This document shows, piece after piece, positions 1 to 11,452 of a stretch of DNA of 61,720 nucleotides. This stretch comes from Chlorokybus atmophyticus (Eukaryota; Plantae; Mesostigma and Chlorokybus algae). The stretch's first letter is position 1, and every line of letters starts with the position of its first letter. The notes beneath the pieces are model-generated. The model was not told the origin of the DNA. It ran no database searches and was given only the letters and a program-made list of their open reading frames with translations. Position numbers and translations under genes: made by a program. Where the stretch lies: NCBI GenBank assembly GCA_009103225.1, contig RHPI01000772.1, positions 163,500 through 225,219 of the forward strand. The letters run 5' to 3'.

Positions 1-2360
1 CCCCCCCCCCCCCCCCCCCCCAGGGCGCAATCAGCAACTCGCTGCTAAAAAGAGTTTGCAGTGCACGCCTTTGCGCACGCAAGCACTATCCTGCCCCAGC
101 TCCCCACTCCCATCTTCAAGGTGCGATGAGTGTGTGTGTATGTGTGTGCCCAACCGCATGAGTGTGCATGTGTGCGTGAGTGCGTGCACACATACACACA
201 TGTGTTGGGCTAGCTAAAGTAGTGCCTCATAGGCTGGCTCATAGGCCGCACTGTCAAGTGCGGGCTATGAGGCAGTTGCTTTAGGTTGGCTTATAGACCG
301 CACTAACCTGTGCGGCCTATGAGCCAACGATACCTGGTCCGTTGATGCCAGTCATAGGCGGGCTGCTTGTTGACACTTGCGGATGACGTCCACATACATT
401 GCTTGCAGGCGCGCGTGCCTGTGCATGTACTCAAGTGCACGTACGCATGTGTGCGCACGTACGTGTATGTATGTGCGCTCGTGCGTGCTGGCTTCCGCAT
501 GACTGATTGTGCACGTACAGACATATATACCACTGTACACGTGTCTGAAACAGTCACTGCATACGTGATCTGAGGCGTCACTGTCAGTGGGGAGCCCGAT
601 GCTGCTGCTCCTCTCAAAGCGCACGACCGGAGGGCGCTGCAATCAGATGCACCCGCTGTACCTCAAGGTGAGCGAAGGCGAGTGAATGCGAGGGAAGGGC
701 AAGGGGGAGGATATGTGCGCGCATACGCACATGCATGCGCAAGCGCACACACACGGGCATGCGTGCAAGCATGCATATGTTCTTTCTCTATCTTATTCTC
801 TCATGGGCTCTTCGTCATGCACACATGCATGCATGTACACATACACACTTCTTAGGACTCGTAGACCTATAGCAACTGACAAGTGCCGCCGATGAGAAAG
901 TGATATAAGGGCGGGCTCATAGACCACCATAACTCCTGTCTCATAGGCTGCACCGTCCAGTGGAGTGCAGCCTATGAGGCACTTACTACAGACGGGCTCA
1001 GCGACGGCACTGATCAGGTCAGTAAAGTCTGGCGCGTGTGCGTGTGTGATAGGATGTGCATTGTCCAGTGCCGATGTGTACACACACATGCATGTGCCTG
1101 GCATGTTTAAGCATACAATGATACATGCCACGCCACAACCGAGCACGCAAACATTGCTTTGTGCTATATATGCTCTATATACATGCTTCTTGCTGTTGCT
1201 GCGTCAAGCTTACAGTGCTGCCTCTGCGCGTGCTTACGCTTGCACATGCAGGTGTGCTTTCCATGACCACGAGCCAAGGTGTGCCCGTGTTTGGGGGCCG
1301 AAGGTTTGAGGAGCGGGATCTACTGCAGCAAGAGGTACAAGCCTGTGTGTATAGTTGATGACTTGCGTGTTTGTCAGTTAGGCTGCCGACTGTAGCTTGT
1401 GGCACAAGAATGCGTGTTGCTTGTTCAGGTCTACTTATGGCTGCAAATGTGTAGGCTTGTGGCAGCGTGTTTTTGCTTCAGTTTTAGTATAAACGTAATT
1501 GTACAAGCTGCCGACAACATCGAACATGCTTTACAACTACATTGTATGCTGCTATCATATGTGGCGCAGTATGCTTGCAGTAGACTAGTTGTCGTTGTGA
1601 CTGCGACGTGTCACTAAGCGCTATGAATGACTGGCACACATGCATCTGTGATTGTATGGTGAATGTCACCAGGCCATCATCATGGCCTGTGGTCTGTGGT
1701 TGTGTCGTATCAACAGCGGCGACATCGGCGTGGGCAGCCATGGCTAGGTGCATGGCTATAGCGATTATAAAGTCTTTGGCGTGGTCATGCTGGCATGGTT
1801 GCTACCAGGCCAGCATGACCAGCGGCATGGCCTGGTGCTCTTGGTATGGAGCACCAGGCCGCCCGCCACGCCACGAGCGGCGGCCTAACTGCGGTCAGCT
1901 GCGGCTCAATTGCAGCTGCAGCTGACCGCAGTCAGCCACCAGAGCACAGTCAATTTCAAGCATTTCAGCCGCTGCCGGTCAGCTTGTAAAGTCGGTCCGG
2001 CTACAGCCGGCCATAACGCACAATAAACACTGCCAACCGGACCACACCTGGTTCGACTATCTACCGGTATAGATACGCACCAGCCATGGCTGCTACTTTG
2101 CATGCTTGTATGAACAGGGACCATTGATGGTCCTTACACATGACCATAACCGGTCCGACCTCTAACAGATTCTGTCCGGGACCAGCCTTGGTTCGGTTTT
2201 TTTGGGGACCGTGGGACAATTACGTACTGTTTGGACCAGCCCTGGTCCCCGCGTGCAGACCAAGGCGGGCAACCCTGGTCCGGACCCCAAGCCGCCCGGG
2301 CGTTTTGGCCCTGGTCCGTACGTGCGGACCAGGGCTGGTCCGTGGAAAAAATGCCGTGTG
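1..2360. mobile_element. Right-hand part of a CACTA/EnSpm-like DNA transposon (CACACGG terminus); left end outside the window
   Basis: Dense GGACC/GGTCC subterminal repeats at ~2120-2345 end in ...TCCGTGGAAAAAATGCCGTGTG (reverse complement CACACGGCATTTT). This shares CACACGG and a nearby TCCGTGGAA with the TIR-bounded element at 19515-21542. Copia pol sequence starts abruptly at 2361. The left boundary is not seen. Confidence 0.6.
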
Positions 2361-4321
2361 ATGTGAGTGGTATGCGTGTGTTTGGATGCACGTCATATGC
2401 ACTAGTGCCTAAACAGCTCAGGCACAAACTGGAGCCGGTCAGCAAGAAGGGCATCTTCGTTGGCTATGAACCGGGTTTCAAGGCTTACAGGATCTTGCTC
2501 GAGGACACTCAAAAGATCATCGTGAGCAGAGAGGTGGTTTTTCACGAGGGATTATCACAACCAGAAGCATGCTTCTTTCTTGATAATGAAGCACAGCCGG
2601 AGCATCCTGAAACAGTGGAGGCTACAGGCAAGGCCATCATCAACAACAAGGGTGAGCAGGACTCAGCTGTAGCAGGCCAAGAGGAGCCGTATCAACAGCA
2701 GGAGCACGCAGCTCGGAGATACCCAGTGAGGGAGAGAAAGGCACCTGACTTCTTACACAAGGCACACGTCGCCAGTGTGCAGAATGAGGAGCCAAGCACC
2801 TACGAGGAGGCATTGTTAGCACCAGATGCGGAGCAATGGCAGCGTGCTATGGACGAGGAGATTGCGTCACTCCATGCCAACAACACTTGGTCACTGGAGC
2901 AGTTACCGCAAGGAGTGAAGATCATTCCAGTGAAATGGGTCTTCAAGGTGAAGCGTGATGGTCAGGGCAACATTGAGCGCTACAAGGCAAGACTGGTGGC
3001 AAAGGGCTTCTTGCAGCAGGAAGGTGTGGACTTCAACGAAGTGTTTGCACCTGCAAGTAAGCATACCACCTTCCGTGCACTGCTAGCTATGGTTGCTGCT
3101 GAAGACCTAGAGCTGCATCACCTGGATGTGAAGACTGCCTTCCTCTACGGAGAGCTGGAGGAGGAGATCTTCATCGAGCAACTATCTGGATATGAGGAAG
3201 GGGAGAGAGGCACAGCGTGCAAGCTGATCAAGGCACTGTACGGGCTGCGATAGGCACCGCGTATGTGGCACATCAAGCTCACCAAGGAGCTGGAGGCACT
3301 TGGCTTCACCGCATCCTCTGCAGACCCTGGGCTCTTCATCCATGCAGACAACAAGGTCTGGCTGCTCGTGTATGTTGATGATATCATCATCACCGCCAGG
3401 CAGGTGCACCACCTGCAGGAGACGAAACTTGCTCTACAGCAAGCATTCTCAGTTCGTGATCTTGGAGAGGCCAAGTGGTTCCTTGGCATGGTGATTGAGC
3501 GCGACAGGGCGGCTCGCACAATCAAGATCAGTCAGGAGCAGATGGTGAGAAGACTCGTCACCAAGTTTGGGCTCACTGAAGCGAAGACCAAGACCACACC
3601 GTTGGCACTTGGCACTGCCCTCATCAAGGCAAAGGATGAGGAGGTACTCGACAAGGCTCAGTATCCATATGGTGAGCTGGTAGGCAGCATGCTCTATCTG
3701 GCAGTGTGCACACGTCCCGATGTTGCACATGCTGTGGGAGTACTTGCTCGCTACATGTCTGCACCGAGCATGGAGCACTGGAGAGCAGCAAAGGGAGTAC
3801 TACGCTATGTTGCTGGGAGCGCAACAGTTGGCATCAAGTTTGGGAGCGAGAGCACTGAGTTGGAGGGCTACTGCGACTCGGACTTTGCTGGTGACCTCAA
3901 CAGCAGGAGGTCCATTACAGGCTACGTCTTCAAGCTGAACGGAGGCGTGGTGAGCTGGAACAGCAGGCTGCAGCCAACACCAGCAGCATCTACATCAGGA
4001 GCTGAGTACATGGCAGCGGCAGCAGCAGTGAAGGAGGCACTCTGGCTTCGCAAGCTCATGGCAGACTTGGAGCACCCCATGGCGTGCATCGTCATCAACT
4101 GTGACAACCAAGGAGCCATCAAGTTGTTGAAGCACCCTATCGCCTCGGCAAGGACGAAGCACATTGATGTCATGCATCACTTTGTGCGTGACAGAGTCAC
4201 AAGGAAGGAGGTGGAGTTCCAGTACTGCAACACGGAGGGCATGCTGGCGGACTTCATGACAAAGCCATTGTCACCGCTCAAGTTCAAGACTTGTTGCGCA
4301 GGACTTGGCATATGTGTTTGA
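2361..4321 (+). pseudogene. Copia pol fragment with one premature stop (TAG 3251-3253)
   Basis: MRVFGC..Y.LVP, GIFVGYE, KWVFKVK.D..G.IERYKARLVAKGF.Q.EG.DF.E.FAP, LDVKTAFL, LYGLR*APRMW, LLVYVDDIII, GYCDSDFAGD, CDNQGAI, RTKHIDV.HHFVR. Confidence 0.95.
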
Positions 4322-4363
4322 CTACAGGAGCAAGCGTTGGAGGTCAAGCTGCTCGCGTGGGAG

Positions 4364-4788
4364 TGTTGAGAGTCATTCCTACATACGATCAGCATCGACC
4401 CTCCACACAGGAGTAGAAGGTCGTAAGGACGAGCACTAGGTCCGGACTTAGCAAGATGGCATCGTCGGACCAGACTCCGGACTCCAGACTGGAGCCTTAC
4501 TAACTGCTTCGTATCTCTGCGTATACTTACTCATATTAGGCGTGTAAGAGCTTGTTGGAAAGCTCTGATTGTAAGGAAGACAACGCAGCTTAGATAGCGT
4601 CAAAAAGCTGAGTATAGCTTACGCAGTGCTTGCAAACGTAGACGTGTGTGTAAGTGGCTGGTATAAGAACCAGTGGACAACTTGTAATAGATGAATGTGA
4701 TGTGACTTGTGTATGCTCTGGTGGCGGTAGCATTGTTTCTGTGTGTCTATGCTTGCCTCAGCTACATGTGCATGCTAGTCCTTCAACA
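4364..4788 (+). repeat. Copia 3' LTR (425 bp)
   Basis: TGTT...AACA termini directly after the PPT. A near-identical partial inverted copy lies at 14090-14387, and related LTRs at 6344-6797 and 7796-8264. Confidence 0.9.
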
Positions 4789-5227
4789 GGGACATCATGG
4801 GCCACTCCATCTCCTTGGTCTGCATGTCGAATTGTTTAGCACAATAATGCTTATGCACTCTACCATATAGTCACAGCAGGAGCATGTGCATAGCTACAGC
4901 AAGCAATGTACCTAAAAAGAATGCGCACCATGGCAGCTGCTTGCCAGCGTGCCATGGACCACATGCCTTTCTTTCATTGGTAGGTGGATGCCAAGGTTGC
5001 CATCCTCGCTTTTCACTGCCATCCAGTGGTTAACAGTGACACTGTACATGCGCATTGGTTGGTTTGGCTCCAATACGGAATCGATGGTGGCGATGCCAAC
5101 AATTACTGCGTTGTTGTCAATGTCGAACACCTGAGCTTCAGCATACCCGTCCGCACCCGCTAGTGGTTGTGGTCAACACTGAGGCTGTGAACGAAGTGAG
5201 AGTGCGAGCTGGACTGCAGAGAAGCAG

Positions 5228-5857
5228 TTGGGAGAGGTGCAGCAACAGTTGGGGGAGGCGCAGAGAAACGTTGACAGGCTGCAAAAGCTATCGGTGGAGC
5301 TCTACGTTGCACGCGATGAGCGGCCTAAACAAGAGGCATTGGACAACCTGCAAGATTTAATGAACAGCCTGCAGAACCAGTACGACTGCGCAGATGGGAA
5401 ATACAATCAAGCGAAGACGGAGAAAGAATCCCTCCAGAATGAGCTCGATCAGCTTGAACAACAGCTCCCGCAGCCACCGCAACAAGAGCGGAAACAGCTC
5501 CAGGACCTGCAGCTACAGCTTCAGCAAGCACAACATCAACAAACGCAGCTGCAGAACCAACTTCGGCAGCAACAGCAGCAGCTTGAACATCACCGTGCGC
5601 ATGACTTCATCAACACTATTCGGGAATGGACGCGTGAGGTGACAAACATCTTCCACAACTTGCGAAGTCACGAGCGTGACGACGTGCTGGCGGGTGGTCC
5701 GACCGCCTTGGTTGCCGGCTGGACCAACAGGTTTACACAGAGTGCGGGATGGCAACGGCACTTTATGCAGCGCTAAATCCAGCTCAGGGATCTGAATCAG
5801 CGCAACAGACCCGATGGACAGGGAGGATTTGAGGGTTGGGAGGATTTGATGGCTGGC
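5228..5857 (+). pseudogene. 5' half of a coiled-coil + KEN/HEPN-like RNase ORF, interrupted by the Gypsy insertion
   Basis: Q/E/L-rich coiled-coil ORF. After TAA (5774-5776) the frame stays open to the TSD (IQLRDLNQRNRPDGQGGFEGWEDLMAG) and joins in frame to 17140-17448. The true start is uncertain. Confidence 0.6.
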
Positions 5858-7442
5858 TGTCACGCCTAACAGGCAAGGCATGATCACTCTCAGACTGCTA
5901 TGTTGACAGCATGATTGTATGAGAGTTCAACAGTTTATGTGGGTGCAGTACTTAAGTGGTTCGCTCATGCAGTCAGTCCTGGAGCTCATGAGCCTTGAGC
6001 ATAATAAACTGTACAAGGCATCGATAAGCAGCTTGCACAGAGCTGGTCAGTGTGCATATGCATGCATGAGCATGCATGCCATCAGTCACTGTGTGTGACA
6101 AGGTGTTGATGGCTTTCCAAAGGTCCTGTGTGGCCAAGAGAATTATATGTGTCAGCACAGGATGGGCGAAAAGGCTTTCAGCCCTCCTGTGGCCAAGTGG
6201 GAAGGCAACAGGAAGAAGTATAAAAGGCGAGACCAGCTTGGTGTTGGGTTTTTTTCAGTTGTACTCAGCCAGGTGCTTACTTGCTGTGTGTTTGGGGTGC
6301 TTGGCTTAACTGTTCAAGGGGCCTTCCTTACCCTCCTGTGTGATGTTGAAGGTATTACATGGGTGGATGCTTGTACCCGGTCAGCTTGCCCTTCATACAG
6401 GAGTCGAGGGTCGAAGGTACCAGGAAGAAGCGCGTGGACTCCAGACTTAGCAAGACGGTCGAGTCATGACGGACTCCGGACCAGGCTGCTTGGTAGAGCC
6501 TTGGGAGAAATCGCGTAGCTTTGTGAATACGTAAGCTTAGCAGACGTGGCTTAGCTTGTTGAAAAGCTCTGGTTGTGAGCTAGACAGCGTAGCTTACAGA
6601 ACAGCAATCGGCTGAGTATAGCGCACGCGGTGCTTGCCAATGTAGACGTGTGTAGAGACTGGCGGGGTATAAAGCCCTGACTTGTTGCAATAAAGAGAGA
6701 GGTCACGATGTAGCATGTGTGCGGATGCTATGGCAGTAGCAGTCATGCTCTTGTGTTGATGTTGTTGGCGTGTCACTTGCACGTGTGTATGTCAACATGT
6801 GAGGCGTTTCTGTGGTTTACCTAAGGTTTTGGTGCTGTACCTTGGAGTTAACGCCTGTATTGAACAACAGGCGCCTACCTAGGGTTTTGGGGAGGTTTTA
6901 CCTAATGGTTGGCGCCTGCACTGAGGGAGGGGCGCCTGGTTAGGGGTTTGGGTTGTTTACCTTGTGGTTGGCGCCTGTGTTGAAGAAGAGGCGCCTCCCA
7001 CTCCCTGCTACTGCTGGTGGTGTTGTTGGTGGTCTGGCTGGACTACCTGTTCAAGTTGTTGAGGACAACCCCTGCTTAGCTGGTTCTGCCATTGTGTATT
7101 GCTGAAAGTGCATGCATGTGTATGTGCATGCAGTAAGCCTTACACACTGGTGTGTGTGCATGCATGTGTGTGACTCTTGCATGTTGAGGATGTGCATGGC
7201 TTGTGTGCATGCACAATAGCCTTGCACTTCTGTGCATGTGTGTCCGCATCCTTCCAGGGGCATACTGCATGCTCATGCATGAGTGTGCATGCTACTTACA
7301 GACGGCTGTGCTGTGTTGGTACTGCCGAGTGTTCTGGGTGAACCCGGCTTTGGTACTGGCATAAGCAACGGCGCTGCGGTGTGCGTTAGTGCATTGACTG
7401 GCACTGAGTGGTAGACATCACACCGAGGTGGTGGTTGTGACA
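5858..7442 (+). repeat. Gypsy 5' LTR (contains a nested solo LTR)
   Basis: Collinear with 15986-17134 apart from the 6344-6802 insertion and small indels (18, 3 and 2 bp), which account for the length difference exactly. TATAAAA at 6219-6225. Confidence 0.92.
6344..6797 (+). mobile_element. Solo Copia-type LTR inside the Gypsy 5' LTR
   Basis: TGTTGA...TCAACA termini and TSD TGTGA (6339-6343 / 6798-6802). Absent from the 3' LTR. Shares blocks with the LTR at 4364-4788. Confidence 0.92.
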
Positions 7443-7443
7443 G

Positions 7444-7455
7444 TGGTATCGGCGC
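7444..7455 (+). promoter_or_regulatory. Primer-binding site (tRNA-iMet-like, TGGTATCGGCGC)
   Basis: One base after the LTR end; resembles the canonical TGGTATCAGAGC. Confidence 0.7.
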
Positions 7456-7533
7456 TTGCTTGTGAAGTGGGCCTTGTATTTTTGTGTGCACTCTGAGTAA
7501 TAGTGTACTTATTGTTTTCCTTGTCAAGCAGAC

Positions 7534-9932
7534 ATGGAAGGCAATGCTGGGTTGAACGCTGGGCAAGCAGATGACCTTGCCAAGTAGCGCGCTGACATGG
7601 AGGTGATGAAACAACGCCATGCAGAGGAGCTAGCCAAGATGGCAGTTGTGCATGCTAACAAATCCATGCTGCCCCGCCTAGAGTTCTTCACAGGCACCTC
7701 TGATGGGAAGGGCAAGGACATTGGCACGCTGTTGCGTGACTAGTTGTCCAATGGTAAACGTGCATTGAAAGTCAGTAGCATGTTGCCAGCTGACGTGTTG
7801 AGGATATTCTTGTATCCGATCAGCTTGCCCTGTGGATAAGAATAGTCGCGAGAAGATTTGGGCGCGAGAAGGTTCCAGTCGAGAAAGGTCCAGGCGAGGA
7901 CTTCAGTCGAGAAGTTTCCACGCGCGGAGTCTAGTCCGGAATCTGGAGACTTCCAGGCGCTGTAGAAGAAACGTTCTAGCTCGGTGGTTACGTCATTGTA
8001 TGGCGCGTGTCATAACTTGTTGAAAAGCTCTTAAAAGTAGCTACGTGGTGCAACTTAGAGCGTAGGAATCGGTTGAGTGTAGAAGTCGTGGTGGCTTTTA
8101 GAGTAAACAGGTGCAGAACTGGCGGGTATAAAAGCCCGCGGTATGACTTTGTTGTAATCTTTAAAAAGCCTTTTGGATCAGCCTTGTGTGTATGCTCTGG
8201 TAGAGTGTGTGTACTTGTGCTTGCACCAACTCCATGCATGTGCAGTAGTGTCCGAATCTCAACATGACGAAGCTAGAGCGGTTGCCCTGATGGCATCGTA
8301 CTTGAGAGGGAATGCTGCCCGCATGTGGGAGGGGGCTGAACCCCGCCTCAATGCAAAGGGTATGGACACGGAGACACTGAATGTCTTCGAGGATGCTCTC
8401 ATACAGGCATTCGGGGGGTATCAATCCTTCACTGAAGGCACGTAACAGGTTGACAACATTGCGCATGCGTTCCAACCAGTCGGTTGAAGAGTTTCATCTA
8501 TACTTCTGTGCTTTGGTCGCTGAGATTGGCACTGACATGCCTATGTCTGAGGCTGAGAAGATGGATAAGTTCAAGCGTTTGCTGCCTGCAAATGTGCAAG
8601 AGCAATTGATCTTCAAGCCAGGTGTACATGGGCTTGAAGCATACACAGACCACGACTTTGACCCGATGGTCAAGACAGCTATTGAATACGACAATCAGCA
8701 ACGCATGATTGCTCATACTAACAAGCTGGCTGTGAGTGAACGCCCACCACTTCTGCCAAAGCTAGAAAAGCGGTCTTTTGAGCATGTGGCGAAAGGCAAG
8801 TACAAGGGCAAAGGCAAGAAGCCTTTTCAGGTCGGCAGCAATGGCAAGAGGCCTCGCATTGCTGCCGAGGTCGTGAACATCCCCGTCGATGTCAAGAACA
8901 AGAGGTTCAAGGCAGGGGAGTGCCTCAAATATGGACAACAGGGGCACAGAATGGCGGCATGCCCCAACCCAGCAAAGGTCAACGACACCGCAAAGGGGTG
9001 CGTGGTGGAGAGCTGTGAAGACTTGGCCGCAACACCCACTGCTAATGCTACTACTTCCGGTACTGTGCTTGCTTCTGTACATAAGTTTGACAGCAAGACA
9101 CTTGCCATGTTTGGTAATGGAAGTATGTTGTCTACCTGCCATGTTGCAGTGCATGACAATGATCTGGGTGTGCCTGTTGACAGTGAATTTTTGTTGCATG
9201 ATTGTGCTGGAAAACAAGTGTTGTTGAATGCGCCTGCTGATCAATTGATCAGTTGTCTCAAGCACTATGTGAGGTGCAAGAGTGAAAGTGCTCACAACAC
9301 CAGCGCGTGTGTAGTTGTACCCAAGGTCAAAGGTCCCTGGGCGCACTACTTGAAGGGCATGCAAGTGATATGTACACGAGGTCAACAGGGGTGCGAAGGT
9401 TTCACAGTCTATGCGGGTCATGTATGATCCTCCAGTTCTTCACCGTGTTAGTGAGTTGACATGGTTGTTTAAAGCTGCTGTGTCAAAAGTGCCTGTTATC
9501 ATGATGATTGAAACTGGCACGCTAGAGAAATTTGTGCGTAAATCTCTGGTGCAACGTCTTGGCATGCGTGTCAATGCATGCAGCGAGCAAGTTGCTTCAC
9601 TGGACGAACATGCTATACCTGTGCGTGGGACAGTGAGGTTGTCACTGCGTGTGCAAGGCTATCATGCTCAACTCCGGTTCTTGGTAATCCCAATAGAAGT
9701 GCCAGGGGTGGTGGATGTCATAGTTGGCAGCCAATGGGAGAGAGTAGTTGGTTTGCGCACTAACGCTGACACTAAGTTGTGTAGCGTGAGGAAAGGAAAA
9801 GGCAGAGTCACCACGGTGGTGTTGAAGGCAGATGGGCGAGAGCACTCACCTGTCATTGTCTCTCAACAATCATCTGATGTCTCAACACTCCTGTTGAGTG
9901 CTATGCAGGTGAAAAGAGAAATCAAGCGAGGA
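7534..9932 (+). pseudogene. Gypsy gag, methyltransferase-like segment and aspartic protease (stops, frameshifts, split by a solo LTR)
   Basis: Gag helix AVALMASYLRGNAARMW, LRMRSNQSVEEF, degenerate zinc knuckle CLKYGQQGHRMAAC, and protease VPVIMMIETG...DVIVGSQW. Confidence 0.85.
7796..8264 (+). mobile_element. Solo Copia-type LTR inside Gypsy gag
   Basis: TGTTGAG...CTCAACA with TSD TGACG (7791-7795 / 8265-8269). Removing it restores gag SSMLPAD-EARAVALM in frame. Confidence 0.92.
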
Positions 9933-11452
9933 TGTTGTGAATAGATCATGTTATGTATGGTTTATGACTCTCATGACTTGTATGCAGACAGCTTGTCTAT
10001 TAGGACTCTGAGAAGCTTATCTAGTGACATTAGATAAGCTACTCTATACTGCAGTTGTGTATAGGCTGCAGGCAGTATTAGGACTCTGAGTAGCTTATCT
10101 AGTGACATTGAATAAGCTACTCTATACTGCAGTTGTGTATAGGCGGCAGGCAGTTAGGACTGGCATAGTCCGGGCTGGTCTTTCTGGTAAGACCCGAGTT
10201 AGGGCACAGAGCCGACGCAGTCCGCGTCCTATCAGAACAGTCTACTCTCGAGTCAGTACTCTGGCGGTGTTGCTTGCACAAGCTCTACCATTGCAAATGC
10301 AAATGTCAGAGAGGTGCTACTGAGCATGGGAGTTCAGTTGGTGAGAGCACCGGACAGTGATGAAGAGCTGGACAAGGCAAAGTATCCCTACTGCGAGCTT
10401 GTGGGGAGCCTTCTCTATCCGTCCATTGCGTCTCGGCCGGACATTGCACATGCTGTGGGACAGTTGGCAAGGTACATGTCTGCTCCAACAATGCAGCATT
10501 GGTTGGCAGCAAAAGGAGTACTACGCTACTTGTCAAAGACAGCAACAGTTGCCATCCCGTATGGGCGGGGCAACCAGGAGTTGCAAGGCTACTGTGATGC
10601 AGACTATGCTGGTGACCTTGATACCAGAAGGTCAACCACCGGATATGTCTTCAAGCTGAATGGTGGAGTGATCAGCTGGAACAGCAAGCTGCAACCGACA
10701 GTGGCAGCTTCCACCACATAAGCAGAGTACATGGCTTCTGCAGCAGCAACGAAGGAGGCATTATGGCTTAAAAAACTGCTAGGAGACCTTGGTCATCCAT
10801 GTGGAAGCGTGGAGATGCGCTGTGACAACCAAGGAGCAGTAAAGCTATTGAAGAATCCCATCTTCTCGGCCAGGAGCAAGCACATTGATGTGCACCATCA
10901 CTTTGCGAGAGACAGAGTGGCGAGAGGAATGAGATTGAATTTGTCTACTGTGGCATTGCGGAGATGCTGGCTGACATCATGACGAAGGCACTGCCTGTGA
11001 AGAAGTTCAAGGCATGCTGTGAAGGACTGGGCATCGGGTCAGTGAAAATGAAGACAAAGAAGACCAAGTTTTGAAGATACAAAGCTGGCCAAGCTGCCTG
11101 CGTGGGAGTGTGGAGAATATAGCATGTTATGCAGTGTTCTCTACATGTATAGCATGTAACAATTATGTGCTATTGTCCAGTCAGCTTAGCTAGCCCTATT
11201 GTAGCTTATTAAGTTGGTACTTAATAAGCTACTCATGGACTGCAGTTGTATGTATAGGCTGCAGGCAGTTAGGACTGGTATGGTCTGGTCTGGTCTTTGG
11301 TAGGATTCAAACTGAGGACCCAGAGCCGACAGGCCGCGGGTTATTGTGTAGTTTACTCTCTGGTCAGTATCTTCTGGCGGTGTAGCTCTGCTCTTACCAC
11401 TGTGCTGTGAATGCTTGTTGTGTATAGTTGCATGCAGCATCTCTAGTCAACA
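9933..11452 (+). mobile_element. Internally deleted Copia (LTR, RT-end/RNaseH fragment, PPT, LTR)
   Basis: The LTR-like start TGTTGTGAATAGATCATGTTATG (9933) aligns with TGTGGAGAATATAGCATGTTATG (11109). RNaseH motifs lie at 10314-11070 (GYCDADYAGD, RSKHIDVHHHF). PPT 11100-11108; LTR ends TCAACA at 11452. No TSD found. Confidence 0.8.
10000..10156 (+). repeat. Tandem duplication, 78-bp unit, within an LTR
   Basis: TTAGGACTCTGAG...GCAGGCAG starts at 10000 and again at 10078. Confidence 0.85.

Larger units (their letters stand above)
2361..4788 (+). mobile_element. Ty1/Copia LTR retrotransposon, 5'-truncated (integrase C-terminus, RT, RNaseH, PPT, 3' LTR)
   Basis: Pol motifs are present, followed by PPT GCGTGGGAG (4355-4363) and an LTR TGTTGAGAG...CTTCAACA (4364-4788). 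Confidence 0.95.

Noticed and set aside
1-21. Poly-C run as a telomere or element terminus
   Set aside because: It is a homopolymer at the window edge with no telomeric repeat unit, so it cannot be interpreted.
3251-3253. TAG at a conserved Gln (LYGLR*APR) suggesting a TAR=Gln genetic code
   Set aside because: Other in-frame TAA/TAG codons fall at positions expected to be E (10718, ~50688), Y (14887), K (15391), W (~7741) and S (5774), so they are random mutations. The host gene exons I read have no internal TAR.
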